In this document: piece after piece, positions 24,307 to 35,919 of the stretch
Layout: each line of letters starts with the position of its first letter
Numbering within the stretch: the stretch's first letter is position 1
DNA from: Geosiphon pyriformis uo1
Taxonomy: Eukaryota > Fungi > Glomeromycota
DNA: 64,000 nt
Direction: 5' to 3'
NCBI GenBank assembly: GCA_016748015.1
Contig: JAAOMT010000703.1
Coordinates: 680,255 to 744,254, forward strand
The notes under the pieces: generated by a model
What the model was told of the DNA's origin: nothing
Seen by the model: the letters and a program-made list of their open reading frames with translations, nothing else
Database searches by the model: none
Translations under genes and position numbers: made by a program

Positions 24307-25692
24307 ATGAATCCTGAAAACTACAACAATCTTAAACAATATTTGGAGACACTAACAATCCCAACAGATTGGTCTTCAGATGAAAAACACTGATTACAAC
24401 AAAAAGCCAAACAATATTTTCTACACAACAACACCATTTATTATCGAAACTTCAGAAACCCAGACAAACCACTCAGATTAATACAGAAAAATAAGAAGGA
24501 AACAATCTTATACAACATGCACTTAGACCCTTCATCAGCACATTTAGGAAAAAATAGCACCACTCAAAGAACATTAGAATACTACTTTTGGCCCCAAATG
24601 AGAAAAGACATTCATGAATACGTTAAATCTTGTGATATTTGTCAAAGAAGAGGAGGAACTCACTCTACAGAACCTTTAAATCCAATCAAAGTTGAACAGT
24701 CTTTTGACTGAGTTGGTATCAATTTAGTCAGACCACTACCTATTACAAACCAAGGAAACTGTTATATCATAGTAGCTGTAAATTATCTCACCAAATGGCC
24801 TAAAGCCAGAGCCATTTAATGAGCAGATACAAAATCAGTAGCAAACTTCATTTATGAAGACATTATTTGTAGACACAGATGCCCAATCAAACTTTTATCT
24901 GATCAAGGAACACATTTTGTAAACAATCTAATTCAAGAAATCTGTGAACAATTCAATATTAAAAGACCATTATCTTCACCCTACCATCCACAAACAAATG
25001 GACTTGTAGAACATTTCAACAGAATATTGTGTAAATCTTTAGCCAAAGTCTCAACAGATTTTGAGCAGGAATGGGATATCTTTATTCCATCAGTGTTACT
25101 AGCATATAGAACACTAAAACAAGATATCACAAAACACATACCATTTGATTTAACCTATGGAAAGACAACAATGTTACCAATTAGTTTCATAGTGGAAACA
25201 TATCCAGTACAGCCAATTAATGAAAACAACTTTCAGGAAACACTACAATGAAGAGCCTACACTCTGCTTAGCACATTAAAAGGAAAACGATGAATAGCAA
25301 CAACCCACATTAAACACTCCCAAGCTCAACAAAAAGAACAGCATGACAACAAATTGCCACCAGTCACCAATGAATTTAAAATTGGAAACAAAGTTCTCTT
25401 ACATAGAACTAAAGCCGAAAAACAATAGAGTGGAAAATTTGAAAATAAATAGGATGGACCATTCTTTATTCATGAAATCCTAAGCAATGGATCATACAAG
25501 TTAAGACTTGATGACAAAATCCTAGCAAAAATTGCACATGGAGATCGTTTGAAACACTATAATTCCAGAAACAATCCTGAACCATTAATTCCACAAATTG
25601 GTACACATTCCCCTTTAATCAATCCCAAAGATATTCTCTGAAATTTAGAACCAATAGTTGTCATTGAACAATCTCTCAACTTGAATACTTAA
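24307..25692 (+). pseudogene. Stand-alone integrase ORF of element 2 (~460 codons)
   Basis: Own ATG at 24307, HHCC (MHLDPSSAH...CDIC), SDQG, GLVEHFN, DGPF motif. The internal stops are at positions explained by C>T/G>A changes. Confidence 0.92.
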
Positions 25693-25814
25693 TTTAAATT
25701 TATTATTATAGTTATCTTCTTATAATTTAGAAACAATCTCACAAAAACAAAACAAAAATAACATAAAAACTCATACACCAAAAATAATTTTCTTTTATTT
25801 TCAAATCTTTTATA

Positions 25815-26534
25815 ATGACTATTTCTCAAAACATTCAACAATTATCCCAAAAACTAATGTTAGCTTTAAAAACAATACCTGAATTATCCATTACTGTTAT
25901 TGGAAACCACATTAATTATACTCAAACAGAAGTAGTTACAAATTTAGCCCCAAATGCATGAAAATATCACCCGTATAAAAAGAACACAAGAAGTTATTCT
26001 GGAATTTACCTGTCAGAACTTTTAAAGCTTGCTTTAAGAGAAAACTTAATGCTGATTCCTATTAGTATTTCACCAAATGCTACTATTCAACAAAAACTTC
26101 AACTGTGTTTTAATGAAGAAAACTACAACTATACTTCAATATATAGATATTTCTACATTGGAAAAACACTTCACAAACAAAAATGGGAGCTTACAGCAGC
26201 AAACCTCATAAAAGAAGCTATTCGGAAACAACTCCATAATAAATTTAAGACAACAGCTGGACCTACAAACAGTCATTATAAACTAAGAGCTGCTCTTAGA
26301 CTTTATGACCTATTCTATACCTGTGAAAACATCCTACAAAACCCAATTTTACAGCCTTTGAAGATTCAATACATTGGAAAGCTCACAGAACTGAAATTTC
26401 AACAATTTTCAGACCAAATTTCTTCAATAATTTTGGATTATTATCTGGAAATTACAGACAGTACTTGAACTTCGATAGAGCTCAGTCTTGAGGAGGAGGT
26501 TATGTTACCAGACGAAATTAGAGATATTGCTTAG
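25815..26534 (+). pseudogene. ORF3 (env position, unknown function) of element 2
   Basis: ATG 25815 is in frame with the 26049-26468 ORF. The TGA at 26466 is TGG in element 3, so the frame extends through the PPT to TAG 26532-26534. Confidence 0.75.
26490..26499 (+). promoter_or_regulatory. Polypurine tract of element 2
   Basis: GAGGAGGAGG, 3 nt before the 3' LTR. Confidence 0.85.
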
Positions 26535-27475
26535 CATGAAATTACTCTTATAATTCTTATCATTAATTAGCATTTCAAATTATCATTTATTACATTAGCA
26601 AAATATTCGAAATTATCATTTAATTAATAACCCAATTTGTACATAACATAAATGTAACCTAATTGCAATGATCAATCATGCAATACTTCGAACTATGTAA
26701 CATTTAAAAAGTTTGCCAAAATTTGTAAAAATTTGCCAAAATAATGAATAATTCATCGAAATATCTAATAGTTTGCAGAAATAACTTTTAGTTTGCCAAA
26801 ATGTATCTTTAGTTCACCAAAATTTGAGCAAAGAAAAAAAGTGCAAGTTCATAGACTAGTACTACAACAAGTTGTATAAAAAAAGAGCTTCTCTCTTTGA
26901 GAAAATGTATCTTACTTTAGATTTATCACTTAGAACTATTCCTATATACACAAAAAGAAATAAATATCAAATAATTCGAAAAACCAAATTCTTTAATTAT
27001 TGCACTTGAAAAATCCTCAAAACCCAACTAACATTTTGAAATTGATTAGCTACCAATTTTAGTAAACTGTTAGTGATTTCAGGCCTGGATAAAAAACGTT
27101 TCCCTTGACAAAATTCTATTTCTTTTACAATTCTTTTATTTTCTTTCTTTTATTTTCTTATTATAATCATTAGGGTAGCCTATAGACGAGATTCCTGTAG
27201 AAGAGTTGACTTTCACAGCAAAGTAACTACACATTTTTAGTGAGCTTCCAGATGAGCAATTCCTGGGAAAAAGTTGATGTTTACTACAATATAACTACAT
27301 GAAGCAACTGGCACAGAATTGGCCATTCTACTATAAACCCAGCAGTTCAAATTATAGGAGATAATTTGAAGATAAATTCAGTTACTGAAGGTTCAACTAC
27401 ATCCAGACAACATGAATTCACAACAAACAGGCATTAACGACATTTAAAAAAAGAGACCAAAAACCTCCAGTAACA
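26503..27475 (+). repeat. 3' LTR of element 2
   Basis: Collinear with 17647-18598, with one extra ~20-bp U3 repeat unit near 26720. Confidence 0.95.
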
Positions 27476-30469
27476 CTGAACAGAATCTTAGACTGGACTG
27501 ACTTTTTTTCTTGCTGCTGGTGTATTTGTCAATAATATAATTTGAGTTGATAATAATCAGGCTGTTATACAGTACATCCTCAGTATTGCTAGTGAATTTT
27601 TCAGGATCAATAATATTTTTATAAATAATAATAAGACAGTAGTCATTTCTATTAACTGCAGAGTTGTAAGCCAATCTTTGTCTGTTAATGGCATGTCTAT
27701 TTCTATTGTCAAAAAAGGAGAATCTCATCACTATCTGAGCATTTTTTTATTTTCTAAGAGTTTATTAAAGTCTAACTTGGCTAAGATACATTTGGATATC
27801 CAGTTTTTTGCCAATCTTGTTTTAAGGAAAACAATCTCTAATAAGCAGTTTTTGTATTTGGTATTGGTAATCTTTTATCTTATTATTAGCTACAGAACTT
27901 AATTTAGTTTTATTCTTATTAGTATATGTAATAAATAGAATACTTTGATTTGCAAAGACTTAAAATTCAAATCTGGTCTGCCACTTGATTTTTCCAATAA
28001 TGTATTATATTATCTTTTTTTATATAGTTTAAAAACTTTTAAACAGATTTAAGCAGAAAGCAAGTTGGCTTCTATTGTTTATTTTGCAAATTTTAATGAG
28101 GTTTTGGGTTATTTTTTTGTGCATAGATTATATAACCTGCAGATGTTCAGCTGGCATTCACACACCCTCTGTTTTTTTCAGCTTATATCAATATTAATTC
28201 ATTAAATAATTTCTTGGCTGGTATAATCTGTATTTTTCTAAAGTATAATTTGTCTTTGGGTAGTCTTATGATCAATGTTTTTTATTTTTGGGATGGTGCT
28301 CTTATGTCACTTGTTTTTGGTAAGTTAATATACTTTAAGTGTACTTATTTGCTTTGGTGATATGAGATTGTTTTTGTGGACCAATTTTGTAACTGTACTG
28401 ATAGAGTCTTCAATTGGAAGACATTTAAAAGGTGAAAAAAATTGGACTTATGCAGCCCAGTTCCCAATTATTTGAGTTTTTTGTTTATTTTTTTAATAGT
28501 GTAGTCTCTTCTCCTGTTTGTTTTTCTCTTTCAAAAAACATTGGCTTGTTATATATTTTTGGTTCTTATAAATTTGGAGTTGTCCATAATTAATTGTTGG
28601 GTGTTGATGCCAGTTGTTTTTCTGTTTATATGAATAGATCTCTGTATGGTCTGAAAACTGTTAACATAAGGGCTGGCATAACTGTTTTTTTTAAATATAT
28701 TAATTTTGGTTTAAGTGTTGGGGTTTCTGGTTTGATGTCTTTTATTATAACAGAGTTGCAAGTTATTTCATTAGTGCTTAAGTGCATCCTTTTTTCTAGT
28801 TCAATTCAGCTTTTCTTAGACAGCTAAGCTGCTTTAGACACTTGCAAATTGGAATTGGGTTTGATATATTTGGATCAAATGTCATCATATTGTGGGCATT
28901 ATTCATGAAAAAAATTTGAATGTCAACTGGCATAAAGTAAAAAATCATTTAGGTGTTCCTGGTAATGAATGTGTTAATGTGTTCACAAAAGCTGCTTCTT
29001 TTTCTGATTGGTACCTCTTTTATTGGATTAAAGAGTGTTATATTAGGACTGGTAGTGACATTGTTTCTGGTAATTTTAGATATTTTGTTCATAATGTTTT
29101 TTACTCTATTCATTATGTGTGCTGGAAAATTGGTTCTGGTTCTCAAGTTGTTGTAAACAGTTTGCATGTAGATGTTAATTGGTTTAGATTTTTCTTGGTA
29201 TGGCACCTTGATTTCCACTTGACTGTTAATTTTACTAGTAGGTATATTATTAGTGTTTATATGTATTTTATAAAGGCTTTACATTACTGGCTTCCTGTTG
29301 CTGTTTACAAGCATTTGTATAATAAGTGTTATTTTAGTATAGTATATTTGTTCTATAGAGATGTTAAAGTCTCAGACCATGCTTTTTTTTGCTCATTTGA
29401 TTTTGCTGTTCATACTTAGTTATTGGACACCCATGTGACTTATTAGAGAATGCTTTTTAGTCTTTTTTGTTTTTTTTTTTGTGTAATGTAGTTATTGTCT
29501 TTCTATGTTTTTGACATTATGATGTACATGGCTTTGTGTAAGAGTTTTGTTTTTAATAATTAGTACTGGGAGTCTTTTTTTGTCTTCAAGGATTCTAAAA
29601 TTGCAGATCAAAAAATTGTGGACTTTGTGCACAAGTTTTGTCTTGCATTCCAAAATGAAATCTGGTTGGTCTGTACTAAATACCAGGCTTTTATGAAAAA
29701 AAATAGACTAATTCCATATAATGAGTCTGTTTTTGTCTTGATAACTGGGCTTTCTTTGGTGCTTTCAGCTAATGTGGTTAAATTATTGGGTGTTGCTAAA
29801 GCCATTGGAGTTAGTTTTAGTTTACATAAATCTTATTTGTTTTTTTCAAGTATAAGTGACTTGGTTTCAGTTTATATAGGTGCTTGGTATTGTTCTGATT
29901 AGTCTGAGTGACTGGTTATGTGTAAAAAATACATAATTCACACCTAGTTTAGATTATTTATATATGATATATTATATTAAACAGTGTTTAGACTTTACTC
30001 ATTAAATATTAATAATATATTATTTATAATTTTTATTAAATTCTTAAATTATAATATTTTTTTAAAATTAAGCTTTATTAAAATCAGAATTATTTTTTTT
30101 ATTGACTTTTATATTATTATAATAATTTAATATTATATTATTAATTAATTATTGTAATTTTTAAAACTATAAATTAATTAGTTATTTAATATTATTAATT
30201 ATTATTATGTTTATAATTAGATTTAATAGTATTTTATAATGGTTTTTAAATGTTTTAAAAATTTTATAAACTGTTTTTAAATAAAATATATTGTTGGTTT
30301 TTTAATAAAACTTTCTAATTATTATATTATTATTTTGTTAAACATTTTAATTAAGTTTTTTAAGTATAATATTTGTATATTTAATTATTTTTAAGTTAAT
30401 AATACCAATAATTAATTGAAAATTTTGTTTTTAAGTTTTTAAATACACTTAATATTAATTTTTATTTTA

Positions 30470-30960
30470 TTTTATGAGTGTAGTCTAATTATTGTTTAGT
30501 ATATAGAAACAAACTAAATAAATTTAACTAAATATAGTTTATATTCTTATTATATATAATCAACTACTTAGACCAATTAAGATTATATTATATACTTATA
30601 TATACTTTTGTATTATTACAAATATTTAAAAAAAAAACAAGTTTTTTACAAGCCAAAACTCATAATAAGTAACTTTTCAATACCAAAAAAACAAACAATG
30701 CCTGCTAATAAACAATCAAACACATAATTAAAAAAAACAGAAACCATTTCTATGTTATTAACCAAGTTATTTTTCTCTATATTTACCCTGAATTTTGTTT
30801 TAAACAACTACAGCTTATTCTGATGCTTCTTAGCCAGATATCAAACAAAATTAATTACTACTAAAACAGTTTTCTTTCTATTACAAAAAATATAACTGTC
30901 TTATTCAATTAATTTCTAAAGACAAAATCTTTGCATAAAATTGCATAAACACTAAATTAA
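30470..30960 (-). mobile_element. Heavily decayed 5'-truncated LINE 3' end
   Basis: The reverse complement resembles the ORF2 C-terminus and the shared 3' UTR (AATTGGTCTAAGTAGTTGATT...). Confidence 0.6.
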
Positions 30961-31109
30961 TTTTATTATGTTTATTTTTATTATTTTTAATATATTATTT
31001 TTAAATTTTCAATGATTTTATTAAAAAATTTGGTATTATATTTGAAAATAATAATATATAATTTAAAATTATATATTTTTTTACTTTAAATCTTTTTATT
31101 GTTTTTTTA

Positions 31110-31562
31110 TATATATTATTTTAGAATTATTATGGCTGTATCAAAATTGTTAACAAAAAAATCATTAAATTAGTGTAGAGTTTGGAAATAGCTCATCAGA
31201 CTAATATATAGTTAATAAAGACTAAATATAAAATATTAATAAAAAAAAGAGATTAATTATACATAATGAGTCTGTACTTTTTGAGATTTGTGGTTTTGTG
31301 TTTTTGTTTTTTAATAGTGTTGTTAAATTGCTTGAGATTATAAAGGCACATGGCATTAGTTTTAGTTTTTATAGGCTTTGCAGTTTTTTTTTCTGGTATT
31401 AATTGTGTAGTTTCTGTTAAGATAAATTCATAATATTGCTCTAATTGGCCTGAATAACTGGTTATGTGTAGAAAATACATAATTTGCATCTAGTTTAGAT
31501 CACTTAGTTAAATGTATTGTGCTAGATGGCATTTGGATCTCACTTATAAAATAATTAAAAAA
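31110..31562 (+). mobile_element. 5'-truncated LINE 3' end
   Basis: Encodes ...HGISFSFYRLCSFFSGINCVVSVKINS*, matching the ORF2 C-terminus at ~29800-29890, followed by the shared 3' UTR and an A-rich tail. Confidence 0.7.
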
Positions 31563-31659
31563 AATTTATTAATTGTAATTTCTAAATTTAAAATAAAATT
31601 TTAATAATTATTAAATTATATTATTAATGTTTTTTAGAATATATATGTTTTTTTTATTA

Positions 31660-33929
31660 AGATTTAACAAATATAATCCAACCACTATTTAATACAATAC
31701 AATTATTTAAAGTTTTAAATTAAATATAATTTACATACTTTCTATATGTAATTAGTTATTTAAGCCAATTTAGACTATATTATATTAATATTTTAAAAGA
31801 AAACTATTTAAAAAAGACATTTTTTGAACAATTTTAAACAATATAACACTGTTACTAACTAATTCAACTAGTTATTCAGCCGTTTTAAAAACATTAATTT
31901 TAATAGTAACAGATTTATGTTCTTAAAAAAACCTCAAATTAAAAAAAATATTATCATTAACAGAAAATAAACTTATATAAAAGCTGAATATATCAATATT
32001 CTTATAGTTATACTTAGTTTTTAAAGCAACTACTTTCTATTCTAGCTTATCAATAGTTTTGCTAAAGATATTCATTTATATTAAACCTTTATTGACTTTA
32101 AAATTAAGAGCACTACTTAAAACCAAATTTTTATTAACAAATTATTTAAACACTTTAACCATAGAACCAATTAGCTTAACAATAAAATTAACCAGATTTA
32201 AAAGCTTGACCAATTCAAATTCTAGAGAAATCAACTGAAAAGAAATCACAAAATTATCAAGTATTATATTAGCATAAAAAACTAAAACAACAAAAGAATA
32301 AGAAGCCAAAGAAAACACAAAAGTAATAGTTTTAACATAAAACTTGTTGTTAATAACATGAAAAACAAAAGTTTTAAGAACCTTAGAAAGAAGAAATAAA
32401 GACATCTTACAATTCAAAGCAAGATGATTTAAATTCTAACATTAAAAGTAGTACTAATTTTCAAAAGTTTTCTACCAGCTATAGTATTTCCTCAGCATAT
32501 TAGTTTTGACAACTACAACATCCAAATTAATTTAAGATTCAAACATAATTAGAACAAATTAGAAATGATGACCAAAATCAAAAAACTAAAGAATAAAACA
32601 TATCTAACCACTAACTTGAGAAATTATATTATTGATTTTAAAGACAGTATAGCCAAAAGAAAAATTAACCAACTTGGTTTTAAACTTATTATGAGACAAA
32701 ATAGTTTTATTTTAATTTACCAAAAAAAAATCTTAATATTATTTTTACTTACTAAAATTAACCAATAATTTAAAGCAAAAACAACAGAGTTCAGTTTTTT
32801 AAAATGAATAGTTACATATTATTAAATACTAATAAGCTTTAATACAATATAAGCAACTTTACCAAACACATTGAAAGTTGTTTTAATATTAGCAACTAAT
32901 ATACTCAAAGACATATTATGCAATATAACAACAGCAAAAAAAGAACCAAACTCAGAAACCACTAAAAACTTGGCAATTTTAAGAGTAATTAAACAAACAA
33001 AACTTATAAGCTCAATCAAAAAAACAGATTTCAAGAATTTTTGAAAAGCAAACTCCATACAAAAGAGCTTCACATTGTTTTTTGATACTAATTTTGCATT
33101 CAAAAAACCATGTACAAATTGAAAAAAAGTCTTAACATGAGTTAATTTAATCTTGAAAGTAGTATCAAACACCAAAGTAAAGATTACTCATCTAATAAAT
33201 ATTTAATAATTAACAATAGTTTTCCAAGGACTACTAATAACAACACTAGAAACCAGCAAAGAAAATAAAGCAGTTTTTATTTAGTCAGTCTAGTTTTCAA
33301 GAACAAATGATTTTACAGAAAATAGTTGCTTTACTTCTAAAACTGGCAATAATTTGTTAAAAAATATCATATTTAGCAATATAACTAGTAGTCAATATTG
33401 GCCCATTTTGGATAATATACTAGATAATACAACAAAAATCTTATATAAGATTTTATTAAAAACCACAAAAAAGTTTGGTATAACAATAGCAAAGATGAGT
33501 GACTGGATTCATTTTTTTGAATTTTTGGTCTTTTTAACCATATTTTTTGAAAAAATAATACTAATAGTATTAGGTATAGAAATTATAAAAAGAAAACCTG
33601 CTTGTTAATTAGTCTGTTATTAAAAACTTTTGGGCTCTTAAATAAGGTGAAAACAACATTAAAACTAATATAAGTGTGTTTCTTTAAGAAAACTTTAACC
33701 AGTAAAAAACCATCTAAAGATAAAAAAAATGCTTTAGTAGCTACTAAAGACAGCTTTTTACAATTATTAAGTAAAAAAAAAGCTTTTAAAATATTCTGTC
33801 TAGCTGTTTTTACAACAAAAAAAGCTTTTTTGATTAAAATTTTATTAAATATCTCAAAAAAAATATTAGAACAGCTTTTTTATTTTTTGCTTTAGTTATG
33901 ATTATAAAACTAAGAAGACAAAAAGTTTT
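31660..33929 (-). mobile_element. ORF1-only non-autonomous element, copy 2 (uninterrupted, more decayed)
   Basis: Collinear with 824-2674 plus 12982-13400 (e.g. FKIKLTHVKTFFQFVHGFL vs FKIKLAYVKAVFQLVHVFL). It spans the empty site of element 1 at ~32075, and its 3' UTR motif is at ~31670-31780. Confidence 0.8.
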
Positions 33930-35245
33930 AAAATTTTGTTAAATTTTAAAATATATATTATTATTTTAATATTTAATTATTGTTTAACTTCTTTTGTATA
34001 AGTTTTTATGTTTGTAAAATTGTTTTTAATATAATTTAAGATTAATTGTTTTTTAAATAATATTTAATTAAAACTATTGGTTTTAAATCTTATAAAATTT
34101 AATTTAATAATAATAATAATAATAATAATAATTGTATTCTAATTTCGAGTATTTATATTATTATTATTGATTTGTTATAATATAATATTTTTTATTTAGT
34201 TTTAACTTATATAATTTATTGTTAAGTATTTTATAAATGTAAAATAATTTATTTGTAATTAAACTTTTTACTTTATTGTTTTTCAACTTTAATTTAATAT
34301 AATAATACTTTATTTTTAAATTTATAATTAATTATATTACTTAATAATTAATTATTGTGTTTTATCTTTTATGTTTATAATTATTTAATATTTTAAGCTG
34401 TTTTGTTTCTTTTGTTTTCTAAAGTTTTTATTATTTTATATGTTTTTTTAAGTATAGTTTTATAAAATACTGTTTTAATAATCATTTTATTTGAATAAAT
34501 TAAAATGATAAATTTAATTAGAAATATAACTTTTTTTTATAAATTAATTTAAATAGTATAAATTAAATAATATTTTGTTTTAATATTTTATATACTAATA
34601 GTACTACTAATATAAATCTTATTTTTTTTATGTTTATTATTAATTTTAATTAATACTTTATATAATTTATAATTAAACTATTTAATTAATTAATTTATTT
34701 ATGAATAATATAGTAATAATAATAGTTACTTAATTCTAAATATTTAGTTAAGCTTATTTAGTATGCTGTTTACAAAATATGTGTTTTGATTTAATAATAA
34801 TTTTTGTAAATATTTATGTTAAAAAACTAGATTTTTATATATAAAGTAAACTATTAATATAATAATGACTGTTTTAATAGCTTTATTAAAATGTTTTAAG
34901 AAATTTTAATTGATAAAAAATTTTTAAATTTGTTTTTTTGAATTAATTATAAGCTTTTTTAAATTTAAATAATTTGTAAATAGTGTTTTTATTAAACTTT
35001 ATTTATCAACTTTTATAATTAAAAAAACTTTTTAAAATATTTAACTTTTTATTTATTATAAAAGATATAAAAATTTTTATTTTTATATTTATTTTGTATT
35101 TTTTAAGATTTTTTTAAATTAATATTTAAACTGTTAATTAAATTTATTATTATATTGATAAATTTATTATAATATTTAATGTGTTTTAAGTGTAAAAATA
35201 TGTAAATTTAAAAAATATTATTATTGAAACTTGTAAAAAAATTTT
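33930..35245. other. Extremely AT-rich low-complexity tract, probably end-stage decayed repeats; includes (AAT)9 at 34106-34132
   Basis: Almost no G/C and no ORFs in the track. Confidence 0.5.
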
Positions 35246-35247
35246 TG

Positions 35248-35410
35248 TAGTCTGCGTACGCTTAGTACATTTTTCTCTGGTGTGGATTGTAGTATTTCAG
35301 TTAAGATAGAAGTGTAGTGTTGCCTTGATTGGCCCGAGTGGCTGGTCGCATGTAGAAAGAGTCACTTAGTTGGTATATGTTACTAGGCCTCACTCGTTAA
35401 ATAATAATAA
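35248..35410 (+). mobile_element. Very short 5'-truncated LINE copy (ORF2 C-terminus, 3' UTR, TAA tail) that retains CpGs
   Basis: Encodes SLRTLSTFFSGVDCSISVKIEV* (TAG 35315-35317), then GATTGGCCCGAGTGGCTGGTCGCATGTAGAAA..., then AATAATAATAA. Confidence 0.7.
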
Positions 35411-35919
35411 TTATAATAAATTTAAAATTTTATGCATAATTGTTTTTTATTTAATTTAAGACTTTATAATTTTGATAAAAATATTATTGAATATTTTGAA
35501 AAAATATATATAATAAATACAAAAGCACATAAGTCATGTTTACTATAAAACATGTACATGGTTCAAACAATAAAAAAATACAGACATGTGTTTATGTAAA
35601 AAAGTTCAATATACAGAATTTTTTGACAAAAAATATTAAACTTATTAAATCTAGCATTAAATTTCAATTTTGAAATTTGAATAACATGAATAGTGTAAAT
35701 TTTATTAAAAACAAGCTTTTTAAATCATAAAATAATTAATCCTGGTAATAATAATTTAAGAATGTTATATTACCTTATTTGCTGCAAAGATCTAAGTCAC
35801 ACTCTTCGTAATTGATAGCATATCCGATTAAATTTATAAATTTTTTTTATAATATGCGGTTTCTCACCTTAGATTGTGAAAAAATTTAACTTCAAGAAAA
35901 TAATCTCCATTAGAAAAGT

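Larger units (their letters stand above)
17647..27475 (+). mobile_element. Ty3/Gypsy-type LTR retrotransposon, element 2 (subfamily B), full length and inactivated
   Basis: LTRs at 17647-18598 and 26503-27475 (TGTTACC...TAACA); TSD CTGG (17643-17646) / CTGA (27476-27479); PBS at 18601; PPT at 26490-26499. Confidence 0.95.
13503..30007 (+). mobile_element. Full-length decayed LINE (ORF1; ORF2 = APE endonuclease, RT, RNase H): 13503-17646 plus 27480-30007, split by LTR element 2
   Basis: ORF1 ~13595-15401 with decayed knuckle CAKCKKFGYILLGC (14767). ORF2 from 15398 has an APE start (VTMCNIK), RT FVDD decayed to FVNN (~27525), and RNase H motifs SVYMNRS (28621) and WHKVKNHLGVPGNE (28928). The shared 3' UTR is at 29888-30007. 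Confidence 0.88.

Noticed and set aside
25815-26534. ORF3 as a true envelope glycoprotein
   Set aside because: No visible signal peptide, transmembrane anchor or furin site; kept as an unknown accessory ORF.
848-33929. Alternative genetic code to explain the many in-frame TGA/TAG/TAA codons
   Set aside because: The stops differ between copies and derive from TGG/CGA/CAA/CAG by transitions; MDN1 reads cleanly in the standard code.
35330-35345. tRNA or tRNA-derived SINE (TGGCCCGAGTGG resembles an A box)
   Set aside because: There is no B box or cloverleaf; the sequence is the LINE 3' UTR.
35877-35888. RRPE-like motif TGAAAAAATTT upstream of a ribosome-biogenesis gene
   Set aside because: It is plausible, but expected by chance in DNA this AT-rich, and no PAC motif is seen.
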